Shown here: one piece after another, positions 22,001 through 33,250 of the stretch
How the letters are laid out: the number at the start of each line of letters is the position of its first letter
Position numbering within the stretch: position 1 is the stretch's first letter
Assembly: GCA_043228905.1 (NCBI GenBank)
Contig: JBHGNT010000009.1
Coordinates: 15,934,001-15,998,000, forward strand
Direction of reading: 5' to 3'
Length of the DNA stretch: 64,000 nucleotides
Source of the DNA: Azolla caroliniana
Lineage: Eukaryota > Plantae > Polypodiophyta
Position numbers and translations under genes: made by a program
Notes under the pieces: generated by a model
Told to the model about the DNA's origin: nothing
The model's input: only the letters and a program-made list of their open reading frames with translations
Databases searched by the model: none

Positions 22001-24610
22001 GACTTGGAGTCGGAGAAGAAGATGAAGAGCTCCAAGTCGACCGGTGAGGATCAACTCTACGAGGAGCAGTCCCGACCGGCAAGGGACCGGTTAGCACTCG
22101 AGGATCCGGCCGAAGACGGTGAAGAAACAGAACCGGCCGAAGAAGATGAAAATGATACCGGAACCGGCCCCGATCCCGAAATGGATTCGGATGAAGAAGA
22201 ATCGGAAGAACCGGTTACCGAAGCTCCGGAACGGAGATATCCTCTAAGAGAGAGAAGGGCCCCCCGGAGATTTCCGGAACCAGAGCACGTGCTGCTAACC
22301 GACGAGGGGGAGCCGGAGAGCTTTGAAGAAGCGAAGCTTGACACCCATAGCCGCAGGTGGTTAAGTGCCATGCAGGAGGAGATGGATTCCCTGCATGAGA
22401 ACCACACATATGAACTTGTGGAGTTGCCGAAAGGAAAGCGGGCACTTCGAAACAAGTGGGTGTTCAAGCTGAAACCGGGAGATGCCGGAAACCCCCCGAG
22501 ATACAAAGCCAGGATCGTGGTGAAGGGGTTCCAGCAGAAGAAGGGCGTCGACTTCGACGAGATATTTGCCCCGGTAGTGAAGATGACCTCCATCCGGACG
22601 GTGCTGAGCATAGCGGCAAGCATGGACCTCGAGGTAGAACAGATGGACGTGAAGACGGCATTCCTTCACGGTGACCTCGAAGAAGAGATCTACATGCAGC
22701 AACCGGAAGGATTCGAGAAGAAAGGGAAGGAGCACCTGGTATGCCGGTTGAAGAAGAGCCTTTACGGACTGAAGCAGGCTCCCCGGCAATGGTACCGGAA
22801 GTTCGACTCCTTCATGACCGACGAAGGGTACCTCAAAACGCAGTCCGACCACTGCGTGTTTGTGAAGAAGTTCGAAGGAGGAGACTTTCTAATACTCCTC
22901 CTGTACGTGGACGACATGTTGATCGTCGGACGGGACCAGGTCAAAATACGGATGCTGAAGAAGGCTCTTCACCGAACCTTCTCAATGAAGGACCTGGGTC
23001 CGGCGAGGCAAATACTAGGGATGCACATCATCCGGGACCGGAAGAAGAAGCAGTTGTGGTTGTCACAGGAGAAGTACGTGACAAAGGTGCTTCACCGGTT
23101 CAACATGTCGGAAGCAAGACCGGTCGGGTCAACCCTCCCGGCAAACTGCAAGCTGTCCAGCAAGCAAAGCCCCAAGACAAAGGCTGAGAAAGAGGACATG
23201 ATGAAAGTACCATATGCCTCTGCCGTCGGAAGTTTGATGTACGCAATGGTGTGTACAAGACCGGACATAGGATATGCAGTCGGAGTGGTGAGCCGGTATA
23301 TGAGCAATCCCGGCAAAGAACACTGGAACGCGGTCAAGTGGATACTCCGATATCTGAAGGGCACGGCAAACGTATGCCTCCGATTCGGCTCCGGTAAGCC
23401 CGAACTCGACGGCTTTACTGATTCGGATATGTCGGCTGATGCAGATACCAGCCGGTCCACATCAGGGTATGTGATGACGTATGCAGGGGGAGCTGTTTCG
23501 TGGCAGTCGAGGCTGCAGAAGACGGTTGCGTTGTCAACCACGGAGGCGGAGTACATGGCGGCTGTTGAAGCCGGCAAGGAAATGATATGGATGAAGGACT
23601 TCATTAGAGAGCTCGGTATCCGGCAGGAGGAGTACCGACTCTACTGCGACAGTCAGAGTGCCATCCACCTTGCGAAGAACGCGGCCTATCACTCCCGGAC
23701 GAAGCACATCCAGCGAAGATATCACTGGATCCGGGAAAGGATAGAAGACCAGGAGTTCGTGCTGACGAAGATCCACACGGACGAGAACGGCTCAGATATG
23801 CTGACCAAAGTGCTCACACCCGACAAGCTGGAAGCATGCCGGAAGAGGATCGGATTGGAGAGACATCCCATGCCGAAGTGAAGGGGGAGTTTGTTGGGAT
23901 TTCGGTCCCTCCGGATGGGATGTCCGGAGATGAATGACGGTAAGCCCGGTTGCGGTTACGGAACCGGATGATGAATAGTACCCGGCTACGGAGCCGGATG
24001 AAGAGACCCGGCTACGGAGCCGGATGCTGAAGACCCCGGTTACGGAGCCGGATGACGAAGACCCGGCTACGGAGTCGGATGATGAAGACCCGGCTACGGA
24101 GCCGGATGACGAAGACCCGGCTACGGAGCCGGATGATGTATGTACCCGGAGAGAGATCCGGATGCGGGGACATATTTGTGAATATGTTTGCCAAGAGCCC
24201 TTGAGGCTATATTTGTAAATAGCCCGAAAGTCATATGTGTATAAATATGACTTAGGGCAAACAGTTTATTGTTGTTGCTCATTTTTTATGCGAAGTGAGA
24301 GCAGCCGAGAGAGAGAGAGAGAGAGAGTGAGAAAGACGAAGAGGTCGTTGCCTCTGTGTAATACCGCCGCCTGTGGCGAGGATAGCGAGCTCAGGGTCAT
24401 CGCCTTGCAGCTCGCCGTTGTATATTTCTCTGTGCATAGTTTTGGTTTGGAGTCTTGCACTCCCGTGGTTTTTCCCGTATAGGGTTTTCCACGTTAATCC
24501 CTGTGTTATCGTGTCTTTCTCTGTATTTCCTATTTTCTGCAACAACGATTCGTGTGTTTCCTCGGTTGTGGCCGAGAGGTGAAGGTGAATCGGAGCGTCG
24601 ATTTCCAACA
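19087..24610 (+). mobile_element. Element F: Ty1/Copia (Tork-like), very young, one nonsense mutation
   Basis: LTRs 19087-19778 and 23892-24610; TSD GCTAT at 19082-19086 and 24611-24615; PBS 19781-19792; PPT 23881-23889; inserted in RNase H of D (YASRKL|SQAER). Confidence 0.97.
19808..23881 (+). pseudogene. gag-pol: Gag-pol of F; intact except TAG at 19931 (codon 42, TCG in G)
   Basis: 1288-aa open frame 20015-23881 continues the frame of ATG 19808. Confidence 0.93.
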
Positions 24611-26520
24611 GCTATCCCAAGCAGAACGGAACCACTCTACTACGGAACGGGAAGCTCTAGGAATGATCTACAGTGTGACAAAGTTTCGGCACTATTTATT
24701 GGGAAGGAAGTTTTTCTTCCATGTAGATCATTCGGCACTCCTTTACCTAGTGTCCAAGGCGTCACTCACCGGCAAATTGGCCCGGTGGACCTTATTGTTA
24801 CAGGAGTTCAAGTTTGAAATAATCCACCGACCCGGTATACAGCATGCCGTAGCGGATTACTTAAGCCGATTGGAGTCCGGAGAGACGGGTGACGGAGTAC
24901 CGGATGAGTTTCCGGATGCGGAGCTGTTTCGAGTCACTACGGAGACGGCAGCAGATGAGACAGTGGCCCAGGAAGACAAGTGGCTCACAAATATGCACCA
25001 GTTTCTGAGCACAGGACTGCCTCCGGAAGAGCTGAACCGGGACGAACGGAAACGCCTGGCGGTACAAAGCCGACATTTTTGCTTACTGCAAGACACACTG
25101 TACCACAAGGGAGCTGACGGCATATGAAGACGGGTGGTGCGCAGCAATGAAAAGGAACTGATACTGAGGGAAACCCACTGCGGAGTTGCCGGAGGTCACT
25201 ATGCCGGAGATGCGACGGCCAGAAAAATATGGCAAAGTGGCCTATGGTGGCCAACGACATTAAGAGATGCGGTACGGTACGCAAAAGAATGTGACCTATG
25301 CCAGAGAATGGGCCAGCCAACGGAGCAAGCTCGTATGCCACACCAGTCGGTACTACCACTTGAGCCATTCCAAAAGTGGGGGCTGGACTTTGTAGGACCG
25401 TTCAAGCCACCGGCAATGAGAACGGGTAATCGGTACGTTATCGTTGCTACGGATTACTGCACGAAATGGGTGGAGGCCAAAGCTTTACGGGATAACACCG
25501 CTGCGTCAACGGCAAAGTTTCTATTTGAGTACATCTGGTGCCGTTACGGATGCCCCATTGAATTGATAAGTGACCAAGGGGGGCACTTTCTCGGACAAGT
25601 AGTGGAAAGCCTAACGACCTTCTATGCCGTGGTCCACAAACGAAGCACACCTTACTATCCACAGGCGAACGGATTAGCGGAATCAACAAACAAGATGCTC
25701 CAGAACATCCTTCGGAAGATCGTCAACGAGAACCGGACGGATTGGGACACAAAGCTATATAGCGCGCTTTGGGCATACCGGACGGCATACAAAACGAGCA
25801 TCCGAACAACACCGTTCCGGTTGGCGTTCGGACTCGAGGCGGTCATGTCGGTAGAATTTCAAGTACCTCCTAGCTTACGGATCTAGCTACGAGAACGGCT
25901 GAACGAGAAGGAGTCGGAGACAATAAGGTTGACAGCGTTGTGTGAGCTAGAGGAACAATGGTTGGCCAGCATCCTACATTTAGAATTGGAGCAACGGCGA
26001 CGGAAAGCATTCGTCGACTGGCACAGGAAAGGTAACGAAAAAATGTTCGCAATCGGCAAACCAGTGCTAGTATTCCAAACCCGGATGGGCAAGATGCCGG
26101 GTAAACTAAGGTTTAGATGGACCGGACCATATTGGCTAACACGGGAGTATAATGGGTCCTACCAGTTGGGGACACTTGCCGGCGAAGTGTTGGGCAAATG
26201 GGTCAACGGATTCCGGTTAAAGGCATATAGAGGACCAATGCCTAAGAACCCGTTTGAGCAAAGGACCGACGGCAACCACCAAGACGGCAGAGACGGCAAG
26301 CCGGGAACCGGTGAGAATGAGGCCGGTAAGGGTCCGGGAGGACCAACGGACATGTGACGTCACACTAATAATAATAATAACTGGAAAAGAAAAAAGAAAA
26401 AAGAAAAAAACAATCATGCAAAAGCGAGGAATGGATGGATGAAAGAGCGTGGAGCGAAAAGGTACGTAGTGGGCATTTAAAGCGCCACCACAGGACATAA
26501 TGCTATTTTAAGTACGCGAC

Positions 26521-29415
26521 ATGCACAAACTCGAAAAAGGCGCCAGAATGCACAGACAAAAACCATTGCGCGTAGAGACCCTCTACTTTCGCGAACCCAG
26601 GAGCACAGAAGCACCGAAACGCTGCAAGATCATCAGACGAGAACCTGCGCACAGAGAACCACCGCCTTCTGAACTCTCTCTTTCTCAACCCCGCTCTCAT
26701 CACCATCCATCCTCGTCACCGCAATCCGACCCCGACACAGAGATGGACCCGCAAACGTTGTCGGAAGCCGCCAAGACATGGCTGAAGCAACACGGGCTCG
26801 AGGGCTTCTTGATGATGATGGAAGTACCGCCACACAAAGAAGCCGACAAAGTGATCAAGGAAATCGATACAGAGGTCATAACGGCAGAGGCGATTCGAGC
26901 GTTAACAGGCCTTCCAGAGGGAGGCATACTCACGATCGACAATCCAACCCCGGAGCAACTCATCAGGTATTTTGGTGAGTACTCTCTAGCCAGCAAGGGC
27001 TACCGGACACAGGGCGGCGGAGATATGCTGTTCCGCGAAATTGCTCGTGTGCTCCATGAATACGGCCACGTATACCCTAGACCCCCTGTCATGCCGTAGA
27101 ACCAGGCAGGGATGATCATCGCCACCTATGAAGGGATCAAGGTGGATTGGCCGGTATTGATTGCAGACGGGTTGTGTGCGGCGATCGAGATCGTCAGAGG
27201 CAAAGACGGCAAAGAAGGCCGGGACGGACGAAGGATATGGCACGCCGTAACGCAGTGGCTCACCTTGCTGGTGCCACCCGTTCAGACCGTCCAACCCAAG
27301 AAACGAGGAAGAGTGTCGGACGGCACCCCAAGGACGGCTTCCAAACGGCAACAGCTATTGGCCTCTAAGGCCAGTAAGGGAAAGGCAGTGGATGCAGAAC
27401 AGGCGGCAACAGGAAGCGGAAGCCGGAAGCGCCCAACGGAGGCGCAGGAGGAACCACCGGCACGGCCCGTAAAGGTAACACTCCGCCGACCGGTGAATCG
27501 AGAAGTGGACCCCTTGGCGGCAAAACTCAATGCCGGAGCTCAGGAGGAGGAAATAGAGGAGGAGCCTACGGAGCACCTCCAACGACGGTCGTCGGCAAGG
27601 ACCGTTGAGACAGCCGGGAAACGTTCGGACCCTCAGACGGAGGGAACACCGGCTCCCCATACTAAGACTCCCACGCCAAAGAAGGAACCGGAACCGATGC
27701 AGATGGCACCGGAAACAGAAGCCCCGGCACCACCGACAACACCGACAAGTCCCATCCCGCCAGAGCCGGAAAGGTCACTGCAGCCTCCCTCGGTCAACCA
27801 AGAAGAAGCACAAGGGGAACCAGGACAGCAGGATGGTCCACGGGCAGAAAAGGAACTGCAACTCGGCGCAACCAGGCGGGACCACCCCTCTACAAGCGAG
27901 CCCATCTATCAAACCTCCGTGCAAGCACAACAAGGCACCGGTAGCCTGTGGCTCCGGTGGATAGGCGAACAGATAGCCGGAGCAGTGGGGTATATAGAGG
28001 CGGAAGAAAGAGCGCAAAGCGAACGGTTGCTCGTCACAACCGAACAACTAGAGACGGCCCGGTCCAGAATCCAGTGCCTTGAAAAAGATTTGGATCAGGT
28101 CACGACAGAGATGGCCAAAATACGGATCCAATCACCGGTGACTCCGATAAGGGTACAGAATAATGAAACGGAACGACCTGTACATAACAATAAGACCCCG
28201 GCAACGGAAACCGTTCCGGCGAGAGATGCGGCGCAAGCTCGGGAGCTTGCGGAATTGAGACAGGAACTTGCCGCACAAGAAGCGCTAAGGAGCCGTGAAC
28301 GAGAATTGAAGACGGCGGCTGAAGCCGAATTAAAGAAAACTGCTGAGAACCTCCGCCGGGCAGAGGACAGCCTCCGGAAAGGCCATCAAGCGTACGACCG
28401 GCTAAAGGAGGAGAAAGACAAAGTGCTGCAGGAAAAGGACAAGCTGCGGAAAACGGCGGAAACAGAGATTGAAAAGCTAAAGGAAGAGCTCCGCCAGCAG
28501 AAGGACCGCGAGGACCGGGCCCGTCGTCAGATCAACGCACGGCTCAAGCAAAAGACGGATGATTTTGAGCACTTGCACCGTGACTACAAACGGCTGGAAA
28601 CGGAGCATAAAGAACGGATGGCCGAGCTCCAGCAGGCAGTTGATCGGGCCGCGACGGCGATCGCCGACGAACGGGCGGAAAATACAAGACGCTTGGAAGA
28701 GGCGGAGAAGGTCCGGATGGAGCTCCAGAGGTAGCAGCAAGAAGACAAAGAGAGAGCGTCAACAGTATTACAGAAATTACAAAGTACATATCAAAGGCAA
28801 TTGACGCATTACAAGGCGCAGGCGGAGGACAACGTAAAAATCATCAAACAACTGAAGGAGGAACGGCAAGCGGCGGAAACCAAATCGCAATTGGGAACGA
28901 GCCGGATTCAGTCCATCCTCCGGGCATGGCTGAATCAGACGAAGCACTTGATTGATGAAAGCTCCATAAAATGGTGGACAAAGTGGGCACAAAACGTGGC
29001 GGAACTCCAGTTGTTACGGGCGGATGTGGCAAACCGGCGGAAGGAAGGAGATGATTGTTATACATTGACTTCCGAGGACTTCACCGCCATCCGGGACGAG
29101 CTGGCCGACGACTTCCAAGTCCTGGCAAATGAACAGCTGGCGCAGGTCAGGCAGCTCGTAGCTCAGCTGGACGATGATAGGCTAGACGCTCAAATCCAGT
29201 TTGAAAGCTACGAGCGGTCCCGGGTACGGGAAGCGACAACGGTTAACCGTAGTGATGAGGAACCGTCGTCGGCTGAGGGCCAGCCAGGAACCAGTCAACC
29301 GGAGACCACCACGACGCAGGGAGCAACGACGGAGACGCCAGTGTCAGAGCCACAAACGGAGGAGCAGCCGCAGCAGACAGCAACAGCAACAACAACAACA
29401 ACCACTTCCAGATGA
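26521..29415 (+). pseudogene. Extra ORF of D downstream of pol (~890-965 aa, coiled-coil rich), two in-frame TAG stops
   Basis: ORFs 26521-27099, 27112-28734 and 28801-29415 share one frame, separated only by TAG at 27097 and 28732; lies between integrase and 3' LTR. Confidence 0.85.
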
Positions 29416-32400
29416 ACCATTGGAGCCTCTCGAACAAAGCATTCTGGACATTTTGGACGAAGAATAGCAAGGGTCGGTTGTGGATTCGACATACAAGGTA
29501 CTGTCCCACGGGCGTGCCATGTGTTACCGGCTGGCAAAGGAGTCCAGAGTGGGAAACGGAGAGCTAATTAAGTAGTAGGAATGTGGTTGTAATTAAGCTA
29601 TGAGTGTGGACAGACGGACCGGAATCGGTATGCCGTTCCGGATCCAGACCGATCCCGAACAGGTGCGGATGGCACCGTTTTGTAATACAGACCGGAAACC
29701 TATTTAAAGGCCCGGATACAATGTAATAGTTAGCGGTTAATTAATGAAAGCTTAAGCGTTGTTATATCTCTGTGTTAATTTCCATTCTGTCTTAATTGTT
29801 ATATCTTACGCGTGTTATGAAGACGATCCTAATAAGTAACTTGATTAAGTCGGATTAAGCGTTGAAGTCTAATCTGGTTGCCCTAACACCCTTTGGTGAA
29901 GTGTCTCCCGTAGACACCCTGTGTTAGGCCATTGTCCAGCCCGAAGAGTTAACAAAAGTCAATCCCAAGTAGTGGTTCCATTTTATCGAATCATGTTAGC
30001 AAAGTTTTTTCAGCACAAGTTGAGCTTAGCACTTTTAGGTGTCATCGAGTTCTTGCCTCTGCTCTCTTAGATTCAGGAGCCAACTCTTGTTTTATGGACA
30101 AAGAATTTGGTTTATCCGAGAAAATCCTATTGAAAAACCTCCCTTGCCCTGCATCTTTTGTAGTCATTGATGGTCGCCCTATTTCATCTGGGAATATAGT
30201 TGAAGAATCTGAGCCAATTTGAGTAGTTCTTGGTAGCTTTGCTTGTATGATTTCCTTCAATATAATTAGTATCCCTGAGCATCCGGTTATCCTTGGTTTG
30301 CCTTGGTTTGAACTCCACAATTCTGAAATTGACTGGAGAAATCGAACAATCAATGATTTCCAGCAGAAACCCGAATCCAGCTGCCTTGTTACTACCAACC
30401 AAGATTCAAAGCCTCACCAAATCTCGCCCATCTCTCTACAAAAATTACGAGAAGACGGGAAAACAAATGAAATGCTTGTTTTTGTAGTAATAGCAAACCC
30501 ATCCTCTAGCTCACAAGGGGCAAGTACTCCCCTCCCTACCAAGTACTTGGATTTTGAAGACATCTTCAACAAAGCTAAAGCTAGTTCTCTCCTAGACTAT
30601 CGGCCTTATGATTGTCCTATCGATCTACAACCTGGGAAAGAGCCACCATGGGGCCCAATATCTAATCTATCACCTTCCGAACTCAAGGCCCTTCGAGAGT
30701 ATATAGACAAGCACTTAGCAAATGGATTCATTCGACATTCTAAAAGCCCTGCTGGTGCACCCATCTTCTTTGTCAAGAAGAAAGATGGATCTCTACGACT
30801 GGTCATGGACTATCGGGGTCTAAACAAAATCACAATTCGAAATAGATATGCTCTACCCTTGATTTCAAGTTTACTAGAGCATCTTAGTGGAGCAAAAGTT
30901 TTCACGAAGCTAGATCTTCGAGGTGCATATAACCTTGTTCGGATACGTCCAAGAGATGAATGGAAGACAGCATTCCGTACTCGATACGGACATTTCGAGT
31001 ACATAGTTATGCCTTTTGGTCTCACGAATGCGCCCGCGGTTTTTCAACACATGGCGAATGATATTTTCCGCGATTTTTTGGATTCATTCACCATAGTATA
31101 TGTTGATGACATCTTGATCTACTTGAAAACTCAAGAAGAGCATGACATACATGTCCACCAAGTCTTCCAACACTTACGAGAATATGGGCTCTATGCCAAA
31201 GTTGAAAAATGTAGATTTGATCAAAACCACGTGGAGTTTCTGGGGTATGTGGTTTCACAACAAGGTATATCTATGGATCCGTCTAAGGTTCAGACTATTC
31301 TAAACTGGCAACCACCTCGTTCAGTGCGTGATGTTCAATGTTTCTTAGGATTTGCGAATTTTTACCGCAAATTTATCAAGAATTATTCAAACACTGTGAT
31401 GCCTCTCACAAAGCTTACACGAAAGAACAAGTCGTTCACATGGAGTTCTAGTGCAACCAAAGCTTTTGAAAGCCTAAAGAGCGCATTCACTTCTACTCCA
31501 ATTCTACTTCATGCTGACCTAGAAAAATCATTTATCATCGAGGCGGATGCGTCTGATTTTGCCCTAGGAAGTATCTTGTCACAGACAAGAGATGATGGGA
31601 AGCTACATCCAATTGCTTTCCATTCACGCAATTTCGAAGCTGCAGAGATCAATTATGAGATTCACGACAAAGAGCTTCTAGCCATTATAGACTCGTTTGA
31701 ACAGTGGAGACATTTCTTAGAAGGTTCTCCCCACCAAATCATTGTTTACAATGATCATAAAAACCTCACATACTTTCAAAGTGCTAGAGTCTTGAGTCGT
31801 CGCCAAGCTCGTTGGGCACACTTTCTAACGCGTTTTGACTTCGTCATCACATATCGCCCAGGAGTGCAACAAGGAAAGGCAAATGCTCTCTCACGACGAT
31901 CTTATTTGGCTCCACAACCAGGAGAGCCCACATTTGATCATCAAAAACAAATCGTCTTGGGGCCTAATCGGTTACAACTATTAACTATTAATGCCTCTCA
32001 AGCATTTGAAGATTCAAGTCTTCTTGATTCAATCCGAATAGATATCATTTCTGATGAATTTGCTCAAGATATATTGAATCATATAATTTCAGGTCGCGCT
32101 TCTTCTTCAAGCTCCATGAATCCTCGTAAAGATTATAACCAGTTTAAATGGGATAATGGTTTACTTTTTCGCAACACTCTTTTGTATGTCCCAAATGGTT
32201 CGTCTCGACTTCAAGTAATGCAATATTGTCACGACAACCCAATGGCCGGGCACTTTGGAATCCACAAAACTTTGGAGCTAGTTTCTCGAAACTATTGGTG
32301 GCCTCACCTTCGAGAGTTTATTGAAGATTATGTTCGTAGTTGTGATGTGTGTTGTCGGTAAAAGATTCCACGACATCGACCATATGGGTTATTACAACCA

Positions 32401-33250
32401 TTGCTAGTTCCTATTGGTTCGTGGAAATCAATCTCGAGGGATTTTATTACACATCTTCCAATTTCGAAGAGTTTTGATGCTATTCTCACTATAGTAGATC
32501 GATTCACAAAGATGGCGCATTTTCTTCCATGCACGAAAACCATCAACAGTAAAGAAACTGTAGAATCGTTATGAAAGAAGTATTTCGGCTTCACGGTCTT
32601 CCGAATGACATCATTAGTGATCGTGGCCCACAATTCATCTCAAAATTCTGGAAACACTTGCTTGAGATGCTCAAAATTTCTTGTAAACTTTCGTCAAGCT
32701 ATCATTCACAAAGTGATGGTCAAACCGAGCGGACAAATCAAACATTAGAGCAATATCTTCGGTGTTTCATCAATTACCAACAGGATGATTGGGTGGATTT
32801 TTGCATTTTGCAGAGTTTGCATACAATAATTCAGTTCATTCCTCAACAGGGTATACTCCATTTTTTGCAAACATAGGATATCATCCTCGTTGGACAATGA
32901 TGGAACCATCCAGAAATCTCGAAAAATCCTGCTGTTGAAGATCGTCTGCGTTAACTCCAAGACGTGCATGTTGCACTTTCTCAACATTTGCAAACTGCTC
33001 AAGCCACACACAAAAAAGCCGCAGATCGTCACCGTCTCGACTCTTCACCAAAGGAACCGAAGTTTCGAATTGGGGATCGTGTATGGTTACTACGACGTAA
33101 TGTGAAGACTACTAAACCTTGTGACAAGTTGGATTATCAACAACTTGGTCCATTTGTTATCTCCAATCAGATTAATGATGTTGCATTCCGCCTTGATCTA
33201 CCTCCACAGATGCATCTAAATCCGGTATTTCATGTCTCATTGTTGGAACC

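Larger units (their letters stand above)
7900..26357 (+). pseudogene. gag-pol: Gag-pol of D, in pieces 7900-8129, 15252-19086 and 24616-26357
   Basis: Single frame after removing E and F; stops at 16660, 25125 and 25884; frameshift ~18930; RT catalytic motif reads FLYDF; protease FIDGGSG. Confidence 0.9.
7414..29954 (+). mobile_element. Element D: Ty3/Gypsy non-chromovirus (Athila-like/OTA) with an extra 3' ORF; hosts E and F
   Basis: 433-bp LTRs 7414-7846 and 29522-29954 (~10 differences); TSD AAAGT at 7409-7413 and 29955-29959; PBS TGGCGACCAC 7854-7863; RT FLDGFSGYNQI, RH FVDASD, IN WGLDFVGP, GPY. Confidence 0.95.

Noticed and set aside
26521-29415. True retroviral envelope gene
   Set aside because: No signal peptide, transmembrane segment or Cys-rich ectodomain seen; kept as an accessory ORF
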